The notes under the pieces: generated by a model | Told to the model about the DNA's origin: nothing | Database searches by the model: none | The model's input: the letters and a program-made list of their open reading frames with translations, nothing else | Source of the DNA: a bacterium | GTDB taxonomy: Bacteria > UBA8248 | Length of the DNA stretch: 64,000 nt | Assembly (NCBI GenBank): GCA_965221165.1 | Contig: CBDCRP010000002.1 | Coordinates: forward strand, 160,001 to 224,000 | Direction of reading: 5' to 3' | Position numbers and translations under genes: made by a program | Shown: one piece after another, positions 9,281-19,837 of the stretch | Layout of the letters: each line of letters begins with the position of its first letter | Numbering within the stretch: the first letter of the stretch is position 1

Positions 9281-10276
9281 ATGCGCATCCACAAAAAACT
9301 GATCGTAGCAACTGCCGTTTTCGCCGTGGCCGGCTTCGTCGCCTCTTTGGCGAGCGCCGCCACCAACATCACCATCGTCGGAGCGGGCAAGGGCGCGGGC
9401 GCGTTCCGCATGGCGGCGGGTCTCGCCGAGGCCGTGAACAAGACGAGCAAGACCGTCAACGTCACCAACCGCGAGTCGAAGGGCTTCGTCGCCAACACCC
9501 GCCTCGTCGCCAGCGGCCGCTCCGAGATCGGGATGACGAACGGGATTTTCGTCGACTTCATCCAGCGCAAACAAAAACCCTTCCACAAGGGCAAGGCGAT
9601 GAAGACCATCCGGGGGATCGGCCCCGTGTCGACCTCCTGGTTCCAGGTGACGACGTTCCACAAGTCCGGCATCAAGAGCTACAACGATCTCGCCGGCAAG
9701 CGCGTGAACATGGGACCAAGGGGAAGTTCCACGCTGTTCATGATGAAGTTCATCACCGACAACCTCGGGATCACCGACAAGATCCGCAAGGACTACATGG
9801 GCTGGGCCGCCGCCGCCACCAACATGATCGACGGCAAGCTCGACGCCTTCGGCATCCCGAACCCGGTTCCCTCGCCCTCGATTCTGCGCGCCTCGCGCAG
9901 CGGCCCGCTCCGCATCCTGAGCATTCCCGACAAGGTGCGCGACAAGTTCGTCGCCCTGAGTTCGGGCTACTACAAGGACAACAAGGACGCCAGCCCCTAC
10001 CAGGGGATGAAGGGCAAGAAGTTCAAGACGGTCGCCTACACCATCTTCGCCGTGGCGAACGAAAAGGTTCCCAACGACGTCATCTACGAGGTGACGCGGC
10101 GGGTGTATGACAAGGCGAACCGCGACTTCCTGATCAACGTCTTCAAGGGCTGGAAGATCGGGCTGGACTTCGCCGCCAAATCGGATGAGTTCATCAAGCA
10201 GATGGGCAGCTTCAAATTGAAGGTCCACCCCGGCGCCGCACGCTACTGGAAGGCGAAGGGTTATATGGTCAACTAG
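9281..10276 (+). CDS. TAXI-family TRAP solute-binding protein
   Basis: Signal peptide; DLAGKRVNMGPRGSS and HPGAARYW motifs. Confidence 0.92.
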   Translation: MRIHKKLIVATAVFAVAGFVASLASAATNITIVGAGKGAGAFRMAAGLAEAVNKTSKTVNVTNRESKGFVANTRLVASGRSEIGMTNGIFVDFIQRKQKPFHKGKAMKTIRGIGPVSTSWFQVTTFHKSGIKSYNDLAGKRVNMGPRGSSTLFMMKFITDNLGITDKIRKDYMGWAAAATNMIDGKLDAFGIPNPVPSPSILRASRSGPLRILSIPDKVRDKFVALSSGYYKDNKDASPYQGMKGKKFKTVAYTIFAVANEKVPNDVIYEVTRRVYDKANRDFLINVFKGWKIGLDFAAKSDEFIKQMGSFKLKVHPGAARYWKAKGYMVN

Positions 10277-10294
10277 GCGTTTCCCGGATTCGTA

Positions 10295-10330
10295 GATTCC
10301 CCCGGAGGGCGACCGCCTTCCGGGGGGTCT
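10295..10330 (+). other. Intergenic stem-loop between TAXI binding protein and permease
   Basis: AGATTCCCCGGAGGGCG...CGCCTTCCGGGGGGTCT inverted repeat. Confidence 0.6.
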
Positions 10331-10366
10331 GGTTGAAGCGTCACAATCGAAATCGGGTGAGAAAGG

Positions 10367-12979
10367 GTGGCGATGGGGAAGTTTTTCGATTTTCTCTGGG
10401 GGTGGATGCGGTTCATCTTCGCCCCGGAGTCGGCCATCCGCCGGGATATCGAGCCCGGCCTCCAGAAAAAAAACATACCCGTCTGTGTGTTTCTCTCCTG
10501 TCTTCTTCTCGCTTACATCCTTTTCTTCGCCGGAAGAACGTACAATCTCTACCTCCCTTATGAGATAGCCTGGGAGTGGCAGGAGGTCGAATTCCCCGCT
10601 CTCGAGTTCTGGCTCTACGCCCTCATTTGGCTCTACGTGTCGGGCCTGTGCATTCTGCCGAGGGCGGCAATCCTGCTCTCCTCGTTCGTGTTCGCCGCCT
10701 ATTTTCTCTATGGCGCCGCGAACAGGGCCCCGGTGGATTTCGGCCTGGGCTTCGGCGAGGTCATCGTCTACGTCCTCTCCCCGCTCCTCACGGCAGGGAT
10801 GGAGAAATCCCTTTCGGCGATATGGGAGACGCTCCACTTCCCGGGGCTGGCCATCTATGCGTTTCATTTCTATCTGCCCCTGTACGTGATCTTCACCGCC
10901 ATCCTGACGTTCATCTTTTATCCCGCGCGGGCGGGCGCTCCGACGAGGCGGCCCTCCGCCGTGGACCTCCTGCTGTGCGCGGGCGTGGTCGTCTTCACGG
11001 TGGAATACATCATGAACTTCGCCGACAGGGGAGACCGGGCGGGTCTCGTCCTTTGGACGGACGTCGCCATGGGAACCATCGCCGTCATCGTCTCGATCGA
11101 AATGTGCCGCCGGGTGCTGGGCTGGGTGCTACCGCTGCTGGGTCTCTTTTTCTTCTACTACGCCATGTACGGCAACTATTTCCCGGGCAGGCTACTGCAC
11201 AAGGGGTTTTCCTATAACGAGGTCGTGAACTTCATATACGGGACGTCCGGCATCTTCGGCGTCATCGCCAACGTGTATGCGAGTTATGTGTTCCTGTTCA
11301 TCCTGTTCGGCGTCTTTCTCGAAAAGACGAAAGTCGGCGACGTGTTCATCGACCTCTCCTACGCTCTGGTGGGCCGTCTGCGCGGAGGAGCCGCCAAGGC
11401 GTCGGTCGTGTCGAGCGGCTTGGTGGGCTCGGTGGTGGGAAGCGGGGCGGCGAACATCGTCATCACCGGAACTTTTACGATTCCGCTCATGAAGCGCGCG
11501 GGCTACAAACCCCACTACGCGGCTGCGGTCGAGGCGGTCTCCTCGATAGGCGGCCACCTGCTTCCGCCCATCATGGGCTCGGCGGCCTTTCTCGTGGCGG
11601 CGTTCACCGAGACGGACTACGGGTGGATAGCGCTCATATCGCTCGTGCCCGCGCTGATGTACTACTTCTCGGTCTACATGTCGGTTCACTTCCGCTCGGG
11701 GCTGGACGGCATCCACGGCCTCTCGAAAGAAGAACTGCCCGAACTGCTGCCCCTGCTGAAAAAAGACGGCTACCTGCTGCTGCCGGTGGCGCTGCTCATC
11801 TGCCGACTCATCATCGGGCGCTCGCCCTTCGACGCCGCGCTGTGGTCCATCATCCTGGCGATGGTTCTGGGATTTTTCCGCGAGGACACCCGCCTGCTGG
11901 CCCTGCCGCCCGTTCTCGCGCGCCTCATTGGCCGGCCCGGGTGGAGCACCCGCAACGACAGGCTCGAATACCAGGCCACGAATCACCTTAAAAAACTCAT
12001 GGTGTCGGGCAAGAGCCTGGAAGATGCCGACTCCGAGGCGGCCGCCTACCTGGAAGCGGCGAAGGCCGAACCCGACGGTAACCCGCTGATGGAGAACTGG
12101 CCGCTGCTCGCCGGGCTGGGGCTTTTGATCGTTCTCCCGATGGCGGGGCATACCATATTCGAGGCGGTTTTCTGGGCGGTGCTCGCGGCGGCGATGCTCT
12201 CTTCCCCGCGCGTTCTCGACGGGCTCGAAAGAGGGGCCGTCAACTCGCTCATCATCGGCGTGACGGCGGGCGTCATGGGTATCGTGCTCGCAGGCGTGTC
12301 GATGCCCGGCCTCGGCATCAAGTTCTCCTCGATCATCCTGGGCTACGCGTCCTTCCTCGACAACGCCTTCGGCATCACCGGAACCGCGCTTCCGGTGGCG
12401 ATTCTGCTGTGCACCGTCGCCAGCTACATCATGGGGATGGGCATGACGATCACGGCGAGCTACGTGCTACTCTCGATTCTCGCCGTGCCGGCGCTGGTGG
12501 AACTCGGCGTCCCGCTGCTGAGCGCGCACCTGATGATCCTGTGGCTGAGCCAGGACGCCTCGCTCACGCCGCCCTTCGCCCTGGGCGCGTTCATCGCAGC
12601 GGGCGTGGCGGGCGCAGACCCGATGCGCACCGGCTTCGCCTCGCTCAAGCTCGGCAAGGCGCTCTATATCGTCCCCTTCATGATGGCTTACACCCCGATC
12701 AACATGACGCCGGGCTCGGAGTGGTTCGACATCCTCGTCGTATGGGGAACCGGCTTCATGGGCTTTTTCTGCACCTCGGCGTCGCTCGAGGGCTACATGC
12801 GGAGAAAGCTGGAAATTTGGGAGCGAATCGTCTTCGCCCTGGCGGGTGGTCTGCTGTTCTTCTACGTGGCCTGGATGAAGATAACGGGCGCGCTCATCAT
12901 GGCCGTCATGATCGCCATCCAATACATGGACCCGAAGGACGAGAAGAAACTTTCCGCAAGCCCCGTGGCGTCCTCCTGA
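10367..12979 (+). CDS. TAXI-TRAP fused 4TM/12TM permease
   Basis: FLFILFG, TGTFTIPLMKR, PPIMGSAAF, LGMGM-like and TPP motifs. Confidence 0.93.
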   Translation: MAMGKFFDFLWGWMRFIFAPESAIRRDIEPGLQKKNIPVCVFLSCLLLAYILFFAGRTYNLYLPYEIAWEWQEVEFPALEFWLYALIWLYVSGLCILPRAAILLSSFVFAAYFLYGAANRAPVDFGLGFGEVIVYVLSPLLTAGMEKSLSAIWETLHFPGLAIYAFHFYLPLYVIFTAILTFIFYPARAGAPTRRPSAVDLLLCAGVVVFTVEYIMNFADRGDRAGLVLWTDVAMGTIAVIVSIEMCRRVLGWVLPLLGLFFFYYAMYGNYFPGRLLHKGFSYNEVVNFIYGTSGIFGVIANVYASYVFLFILFGVFLEKTKVGDVFIDLSYALVGRLRGGAAKASVVSSGLVGSVVGSGAANIVITGTFTIPLMKRAGYKPHYAAAVEAVSSIGGHLLPPIMGSAAFLVAAFTETDYGWIALISLVPALMYYFSVYMSVHFRSGLDGIHGLSKEELPELLPLLKKDGYLLLPVALLICRLIIGRSPFDAALWSIILAMVLGFFREDTRLLALPPVLARLIGRPGWSTRNDRLEYQATNHLKKLMVSGKSLEDADSEAAAYLEAAKAEPDGNPLMENWPLLAGLGLLIVLPMAGHTIFEAVFWAVLAAAMLSSPRVLDGLERGAVNSLIIGVTAGVMGIVLAGVSMPGLGIKFSSIILGYASFLDNAFGITGTALPVAILLCTVASYIMGMGMTITASYVLLSILAVPALVELGVPLLSAHLMILWLSQDASLTPPFALGAFIAAGVAGADPMRTGFASLKLGKALYIVPFMMAYTPINMTPGSEWFDILVVWGTGFMGFFCTSASLEGYMRRKLEIWERIVFALAGGLLFFYVAWMKITGALIMAVMIAIQYMDPKDEKKLSASPVASS

Positions 12980-13035
12980 CGTCGACAATACGTCGAAACA
13001 GCTTTAAGAAACATACTTATCTAACTGAAAGAACT

Positions 13036-13974
13036 TTAGTTCGTAAAATAACGATTGAGATATTCCTTCAGCGCGCCGCCGCAGTAGGAACAAGCGAAAT
13101 CCTCCCCGTGCGCGGCGCTCAGGCGCTCTGCGAAGCCTCCTATCCCCCAGACGCCCCTGAATTCATCGAACAGACGCCTTCCGTCGGGATCGGGCCGGTT
13201 GATGCCCGCAAAGTCGCTGCCCAGCACCACCTGATGGGCGGCGACTTCGGCCAGAAACTCTATTTCCTCCATATGACGCTCGAACGCGCCCACGAACCCC
13301 GGGTGCGGCGTGAGGCCGATGAGCGCGCCCGTCTCGAGGAGCCTCCTGGCCATATCTCGCGGAAGCCCCCGCTCGCCGTAAAAAGATGAAACCGGATCGT
13401 CCAGATACCCGTGTGAGTAGTGCATCTCCTGTCCGGTGACGAGGGCCAGATCGATCATGTCCGATTTCGTCCGGTGGTTCGCGTGCGCGCAATCCACCAT
13501 GAAACCCATCCGCCAGGCCTGCATCAAGAAAGCGCGGCCCAGGGGGGTGAGGCCGCGCGCGGGGTCTCCCTTGGCCCCGCCGCCCAGCGCGTTGTCCTCG
13601 TTGTAAAGCGGCGCGACGCTCCGCACGCCCTCCGCCCACAACCATTCGAGGTGTTTCAGATCACTTTCGCTCTCGATGAAATAGACGCCTTCCGCGTGTA
13701 TCAACTGCCTCCCCACGCCTTCCAGGTCCTTTCGTGTGAGGACGACGCTTAGACCCTCCGATTCCCGAATCAGCCCCAAATCACGCTCAAGCGCATCGAA
13801 TTGCGCCTCTTGCGGCGCATCAGCCAGCCTGCCCAGGGCCGAGAACACCCCGCCCAGTTTCCCAGCCGTGGGGATGTCTATCTGCTCGGTGATGTAGGCG
13901 TCTTCAACGGACGAATCGGCCAGAAAGCGCAAATCGGTGTGAAAATCCCAAACGTCCTTGAACTCTATCGGCAT
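13036..13974 (-). CDS. Membrane dipeptidase-like (M19 amidohydrolase)
   Basis: DFHTD, GLTPLG, VDCAH, YSH and GSDF motifs. Confidence 0.75.
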   Translation of the reverse strand: MPIEFKDVWDFHTDLRFLADSSVEDAYITEQIDIPTAGKLGGVFSALGRLADAPQEAQFDALERDLGLIRESEGLSVVLTRKDLEGVGRQLIHAEGVYFIESESDLKHLEWLWAEGVRSVAPLYNEDNALGGGAKGDPARGLTPLGRAFLMQAWRMGFMVDCAHANHRTKSDMIDLALVTGQEMHYSHGYLDDPVSSFYGERGLPRDMARRLLETGALIGLTPHPGFVGAFERHMEEIEFLAEVAAHQVVLGSDFAGINRPDPDGRRLFDEFRGVWGIGGFAERLSAAHGEDFACSYCGGALKEYLNRYFTN

Positions 13975-14114
13975 CCGCGTCTTCTCCCGGAATCAGGGTC
14001 GGGGCATTTTTCCGGCTCAAAACGTCATCATAACATGCGGGAGTCGGGGTCCGCCTTTGCGCTCTCACCGAAGCTCGCATAGGCTGTCGGCTTTATTTTC
14101 AGGGAGGATGTTTC

Positions 14115-14903
14115 ATGTCGACGAGGAAACCTTTGGTGCTGGTCGAGCGCGACGGCCCGCTCGCCACGCTCACGCTCAACCGCCCTGAAAAAAGAAACGC
14201 CATCAATACGGAGATGACAGACCAGGCGAAATCGGCGATGGCCGAGCTTGCGGGAGTGGATGATTTGCGCGTCCTGATAATAGAGGGCGCGGGCAGCGTA
14301 TTCTCCGCCGGGGCCGACGTGGTCGAAATGGGCGCGTTGAGCGAAGAAACCGCACGCGCCTTCATCTCGAACCTGCATTCCCTCATCATCAGCGTGCGCA
14401 AATTCCCGCATCCGGTCGTCTGCAAGTGCCGGGGATACGTTCTGGGCGGCGCGCTGGAGTTGATACTCGGCTGTGATTTCCGGGTCGCCGCGAACGATAC
14501 GAAATTTGGTATGCCCGAGGTGAGGGTCGGCGTGCCCTCCGTCATCGAAGCGGCGCTGTTCCTGCCCTTTTGCGGTCTGGGTGCCGCGCAGGACATTCTC
14601 CTGACCGGCAGGACGTTCGACGCGCGCGAAGCGCATCGTCTGGGAATCATTCAGAGGATATGCCCGCCGGCAGACCTGGAAGAAACGACGCGAAAGGCCG
14701 TCGCGGAACTTCTCCAGGCCGCTCCTGGTGCTCTCAGCGCCCAGAAAGAGCTCTTGAGGCGATGGATGAAAAACTATCTCGATGCCGCGGTTCCGCCTTC
14801 CATCGACGCCTTCGAGGCTTCATTTCGAACCGGCGAACCACAAGAGGGCATGGCCGCGGCGCATGAGAAGCGTCCCCCCGCCTGGGCGCCCGGGGAAGGA
14901 TAA
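14115..14903 (+). CDS. Enoyl-CoA hydratase/isomerase family protein
   Basis: LNRPEKRNA, FSAGAD, GGALEL and FGMPEV motifs. Confidence 0.92.
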   Translation: MSTRKPLVLVERDGPLATLTLNRPEKRNAINTEMTDQAKSAMAELAGVDDLRVLIIEGAGSVFSAGADVVEMGALSEETARAFISNLHSLIISVRKFPHPVVCKCRGYVLGGALELILGCDFRVAANDTKFGMPEVRVGVPSVIEAALFLPFCGLGAAQDILLTGRTFDAREAHRLGIIQRICPPADLEETTRKAVAELLQAAPGALSAQKELLRRWMKNYLDAAVPPSIDAFEASFRTGEPQEGMAAAHEKRPPAWAPGEG

Positions 14904-15048
14904 GACTCGAGAGAAAACGCACCCTCGTCCCTGCGGTGGCGTTCGCTCATTCCTTGTGGCATCTTCAATCCTCTCGTTGGACACTGATGCGGCGTATGGC
15001 GTATCGCTTCCAGGCGCCACACGAGAACCGCTGGGGTGAGACAGGAGA

Positions 15049-15384
15049 ATGAAGGTGACGGAAGACGAGGCGCTGATCGAGCGGATACGCCCGATTCTCA
15101 AACGCCGCAAGGGATTTTCCGAAAAGCGGATGTTCGGCGGCGTGTGCTTCATGATCAACGGCAACATGTGCGCCGGCACGTGGAAGGGCGCGCTCATCGT
15201 TCGGCTCGCCAGGGAGAATCACGAGGCGACGCTCGCAGAACCGCACACGAAGCCGGCCGACATGGCGGGCCGCGTGATGAAGGGCTGGGCGCTGGTCGAA
15301 CCGGCGGGGATTGCGACCGAAGACGCCCTCAAGGCCTGGGTGCGCCGGGCGGCGAAGTTCGCCGGCTCGCTTCCGCCCAAGTGA
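15049..15384 (+). CDS. TfoX/Sxy N-terminal domain protein
   Basis: EKRMFGG.CFMINGNM and MKGW motifs; RBS GGAGA. Confidence 0.85.
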   Translation: MKVTEDEALIERIRPILKRRKGFSEKRMFGGVCFMINGNMCAGTWKGALIVRLARENHEATLAEPHTKPADMAGRVMKGWALVEPAGIATEDALKAWVRRAAKFAGSLPPK

Positions 15385-15452
15385 GGTATGGCATAGCGCC
15401 TCTTGTACGCTTGTTTCATGGCGCATGGATTCACTCTCATGAAGGATGAGGA

Positions 15453-16448
15453 ATGAAAGCAATAACCGTACAGGGAGACGCCGGAATCGAAGGACTGGTA
15501 TACGGCGAGGTGCCCACGCCCGAACCGGGAGAGGGCGAAGTGCGCGTGAAACTCCTGGCCTCGGGCATCAACCACATCGACGTCTACCAGTGCACCCCCG
15601 CCATGGTGCGCCACGAAAAGCCTCACACCATGGGGGCGGACGGCGCGGGCGTCGTGGATAAGGCGGGACCGGGAGCGCGCTTAAAGCCGGGCAATGAAGT
15701 CATCCTCGACCCCAACCTGGGCGACCCCACCCAGCCTGGCTACGGCCTCGTGGGCGCGCAATGTGCGGGCACGCATGCGGAGTTCATCGTGTTGCCGGAG
15801 AAGAATTTCTTCCCGAAGCCTGAGAATTTGACGTTCGAGGAAGCGGCGGCGCTTCCCCTGGCCCTATGCACGGCCTATCGCCAGCTCATCCGCCGCGCGC
15901 GGCTTACAGCGGGCGAGAGCGTGCTCATACACGGGGTGGGAGGCGGCGTCATGCTCTATTGCCTGCAACTAGCGGCGCAAGCGGGGGCTTTTTCCATCGT
16001 CACCTCATCGAGTGAGGAAAAGCTCAAGACCGCCAAAGGCCTGGGCGCCGACGTCTGCATCAACTACAAGACGACCGACGTCGCCCGGGCCGTGATGGAA
16101 GCCACCGGGGGCCGGGGAGCCGACGTGGTGGTCGACAACGTGGGCGCGCCCACCTTCGCGCTGAGTGCCAAATGCGTCGCGCTGAACGGGCGCATCACCA
16201 TCGTGGGCGGGGCCGCGCATCACGTGATCCCGGAGGTGAACCTGCGCGATCTGTTCTTAAAGCAGATCGACATCCACACCTCCACAATGGCGACCCCCGA
16301 TGAATTCAAGGAGGCGATGGCCCTCGCCGCCGAGGGTAAGGTGAAGGCGCACATCGACTCCACATACCCCCTCTCCCGGTTCCGCGAGGCCATCGGGCGC
16401 GTGGCGGAGGGCCGGCAATTCGGGAAAGTGGTGATTACAAGAGATTAG
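15453..16448 (+). CDS. Medium-chain dehydrogenase / NADPH:quinone oxidoreductase family
   Basis: GEVRV...INHID, G.DGAGVV, LIHGVGGGV and FGKVVI motifs. Confidence 0.9.
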   Translation: MKAITVQGDAGIEGLVYGEVPTPEPGEGEVRVKLLASGINHIDVYQCTPAMVRHEKPHTMGADGAGVVDKAGPGARLKPGNEVILDPNLGDPTQPGYGLVGAQCAGTHAEFIVLPEKNFFPKPENLTFEEAAALPLALCTAYRQLIRRARLTAGESVLIHGVGGGVMLYCLQLAAQAGAFSIVTSSSEEKLKTAKGLGADVCINYKTTDVARAVMEATGGRGADVVVDNVGAPTFALSAKCVALNGRITIVGGAAHHVIPEVNLRDLFLKQIDIHTSTMATPDEFKEAMALAAEGKVKAHIDSTYPLSRFREAIGRVAEGRQFGKVVITRD

Positions 16449-16512
16449 GGGCGAGGCGTTTGCGCCTCTCGTTACTTCGCCGATAATTCATCTTTGGAGA
16501 AAGTATAAAAAC

Positions 16513-17661
16513 ATGAAAAGACACATCGCCAGAACCGTCGCCGCGACCTCGGGCGGAGAGCGCGCCGGCTACATGACGGCCAAAAAGCCGCCGGGCATGG
16601 TGCCTCTCGATTCGGGAACGCCCAACTTCCCCACTCCCGGGCACATCACGAATGCCGCCAAGGAAGCGCTCGACCAGGGCCTCACGGGCTATGCGCCGGG
16701 CCAGGGGGACCCGGAGTTTCTCGCAGCCGTATGCGAACACATCGAGCGCGAGGCGAATGCGAAATATGCGCCCGATTCCATCATCGCGACGAACGGCGCC
16801 AGTTCGGGCATCTACGCCGTCATGACGACGTTCCTGGACCCGGGGGATGAAGCCATCCTGATGGACCCCACGTTTTCACTCTACGCCCACGTCGCGCTAC
16901 AGTTAGGAGCCGTCCCCGTCCATGTGCCGCATGATGCGGATTATCAAATCGACGTCGAGGCCGTTCGCCGCGCCGTCACCCCGCGCACGCGCCTGATTTT
17001 CATCAACAACCCGAACAACCCCACGGGCGTGGTCTATCGGCGCGCCGATCTGAAGGCCCTGGTAGAACTCGCCGAGTCGCATGATCTCATGGTCGTATCG
17101 GATGAGGCGTATGCGAAAATCCTGCAGCCCGGCTTCGAGCACGTGCCCCTGCTTTCGTTCACCGAACACAGGGATCGCCTCATCCTTCTCGACACCTTCT
17201 CCAAGACCTATTCGATGACCGGCTGGCGTCTGGGCTTCATGGTAGTTCCGGAGGATTTGCCCCGGACGATGTTCAGCGTGCATCGCTCCATCAACGGGCC
17301 GATCAACACCTTCGTCCAGCGCGCGGGGGCGGCGGCGCTCAGAAACTCCCAGGAATGCGTGGAGGAAATGGCGCGTGAATACCACAAACGGGGCCGCCTG
17401 ATTCATGAAATGGCGCAAGCCATTCCCGGCCTCATTCCCATCCAGCCCCAGGGCGGTTTCTATCAATACTGCCGGTATGAGTACCCTCTTCCCTCGGTCG
17501 AGGTGAGAAAGCGCGTCTGGGAGGCGGGGGCGTCGATTCGCAGCGGTTCGGAGTTCGGCGAGGCGGGGGAAAACCACCTGCGCTTCACCTATTCGGTGGA
17601 TGAAAAAGTGATTGAAAAGGGCATGAAGATCGTGGGCGAGGTATTCCGCCACCTCGGTTGA
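16513..17661 (+). CDS. PLP-dependent aminotransferase class I/II
   Basis: NNPNNPTG, SDEAY and FSKTYSMTGWRLG motifs; start may be the later ATG at 16573. Confidence 0.92.
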   Translation: MKRHIARTVAATSGGERAGYMTAKKPPGMVPLDSGTPNFPTPGHITNAAKEALDQGLTGYAPGQGDPEFLAAVCEHIEREANAKYAPDSIIATNGASSGIYAVMTTFLDPGDEAILMDPTFSLYAHVALQLGAVPVHVPHDADYQIDVEAVRRAVTPRTRLIFINNPNNPTGVVYRRADLKALVELAESHDLMVVSDEAYAKILQPGFEHVPLLSFTEHRDRLILLDTFSKTYSMTGWRLGFMVVPEDLPRTMFSVHRSINGPINTFVQRAGAAALRNSQECVEEMAREYHKRGRLIHEMAQAIPGLIPIQPQGGFYQYCRYEYPLPSVEVRKRVWEAGASIRSGSEFGEAGENHLRFTYSVDEKVIEKGMKIVGEVFRHLG

Positions 17662-17694
17662 TCCGCCCACATTTCCAGGGGAAAGGAAATCTCT

Positions 17695-17922
17695 ATGGTG
17701 TACGGAAAATCATCGCTCCTGCTGTCGGGTCTGCTCCTGATGGGCCTCTTTTTCCTCGGGGGATGTTCCGAGGAGGAGAAAAAACCAGAAGTTTCGGCAA
17801 ACCTTTGCCTCACGCTGCCCAACGAGATGGTTCTCGGCCCATACGACACGAAAGAAGCCTGCCAGACGGCGCGCGAGAACATGCCCGATGGCGTATGCGC
17901 TCCGTGTGAGCAGAAAAAATAA
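17695..17922 (+). CDS. Small Cys-rich lipoprotein
   Basis: RBS AAGGA; hydrophobic signal with LGG-C lipobox; four further Cys residues. Confidence 0.7.
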   Translation: MVYGKSSLLLSGLLLMGLFFLGGCSEEEKKPEVSANLCLTLPNEMVLGPYDTKEACQTARENMPDGVCAPCEQKK

Positions 17923-17957
17923 AAAAGGGCCGCCTCCATGGCAAGGAGCGGCCCTTT
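17922..17957. terminator. Bidirectional terminator
   Basis: AAAAAAGGGCCGC...GCGGCCCTTT between convergent genes. Confidence 0.7.
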
Positions 17958-17966
17958 CCGGCTTCA

Positions 17967-18905
17967 TCAATAGACCGGCAGAATATCCTTCTCGTACGTC
18001 TCATCGACGCCCCGGGCGGCGGCGTAGAATATTTCTTGCAGCCTGCGCGTGATTTTCCCGGGTTTTCCGTCTCCCACATCGATGCGATCGAGAGAGAGCA
18101 CAGGCGCAACCTCGGCGGCCGAGCCGCATATCATCGCCTCATCGGCCACATAGATTTCCGTGCGATCCATGGGTCGCTCCACGGGTTCGGGGCCGATGTG
18201 CCTCCCGAACATCTCGAGCACGCTGTCGCGCGTGATGCTCTCTAAAATAGAGTCCGTCACCGGCGGTGTGATGAGCTTGCCCTCGCGCATGATCATCACG
18301 CACGTGCCCGTGCCCTCGGCCACCGTGCCCCTCTGGTTCAGCAAGATGGCGTCGTCGTACCCGTTCACCCGGGCCTCCACGCCTGCGAGCCTGCCGTTCT
18401 GGTAGTTGGCAGACGCTTTCACGCGCGGCGGCACGGAATCGTCCGAAATGCGCCTCCAACTGCTCACGCACAGGTTCACGCCCTGCTCTTGACGCTTGCG
18501 GTTGCTGTTCAGCCCGCCGCTGATGAAGACGCACGTGTCCACCTCATCCGCCGCATAGCCCTTCATGTCCAAAGGCCCCGAATCGTCAAAGTACACGTTC
18601 AAGCGGAAGTGGAGGTCATCCTTGAACTCGTTCGCCCGTATCCACTCGATGACGGCGCCCTTGAACTCTTCCGCCGTATAGGGCGGCGTCATCCGCATCA
18701 CCCGCATCGAGTCGAACAGCCGCCTGATGTGCGGATCGATCTTCCAGAGGAAGAGATTGTTTCTCTCCTCGCTCCAATAGGCGCGAACTCCCTCGTACAC
18801 GCTCGAGCCCCTCAGAACCGCCTGGCTGAAAACGCTGATCTTGGCGTCCTCGGGCGGAACCACCTCTCCGTTGAGCCATACTTTCGCATGATCGTAGCTG
18901 GGCAC
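17967..18905 (-). CDS. Branched-chain amino acid aminotransferase-like (class IV PLP)
   Basis: YEGVRAY, K in PRVKAS.NY, EGTG, ILESITR and GSAAE motifs. Confidence 0.9.
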   Translation of the reverse strand: MPSYDHAKVWLNGEVVPPEDAKISVFSQAVLRGSSVYEGVRAYWSEERNNLFLWKIDPHIRRLFDSMRVMRMTPPYTAEEFKGAVIEWIRANEFKDDLHFRLNVYFDDSGPLDMKGYAADEVDTCVFISGGLNSNRKRQEQGVNLCVSSWRRISDDSVPPRVKASANYQNGRLAGVEARVNGYDDAILLNQRGTVAEGTGTCVMIMREGKLITPPVTDSILESITRDSVLEMFGRHIGPEPVERPMDRTEIYVADEAMICGSAAEVAPVLSLDRIDVGDGKPGKITRRLQEIFYAAARGVDETYEKDILPVY

Positions 18906-19053
18906 GTGAATCTCCTCTTTGGAAGCGAATCATCGATCCGGAAATGAAAACGGGGTATCATGGACAATAAAAGAGTGGTTTGACAAGAGGCGGCAACACT
19001 GCAAGTGTGCAAATAAAGACCGGAATCATTCACAAAAAATGGCGGGAACTCGC

Positions 19054-19791
<738 letters not shown>

Positions 19792-19837
19792 TCTCAGGCT
19801 CGAACAATCTCGGCTAGGCGCGCGCAGGATAGAAAAT

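Noticed and set aside
9263-10867. Long antisense or alternate-frame ORFs (534 aa here; also 60088-61338, 32931-33938, 39379-40479, 49282-50319 and others)
   Set aside because: They shadow well-supported genes, have no recognisable motifs, and are expected in high-GC DNA with strong codon bias.
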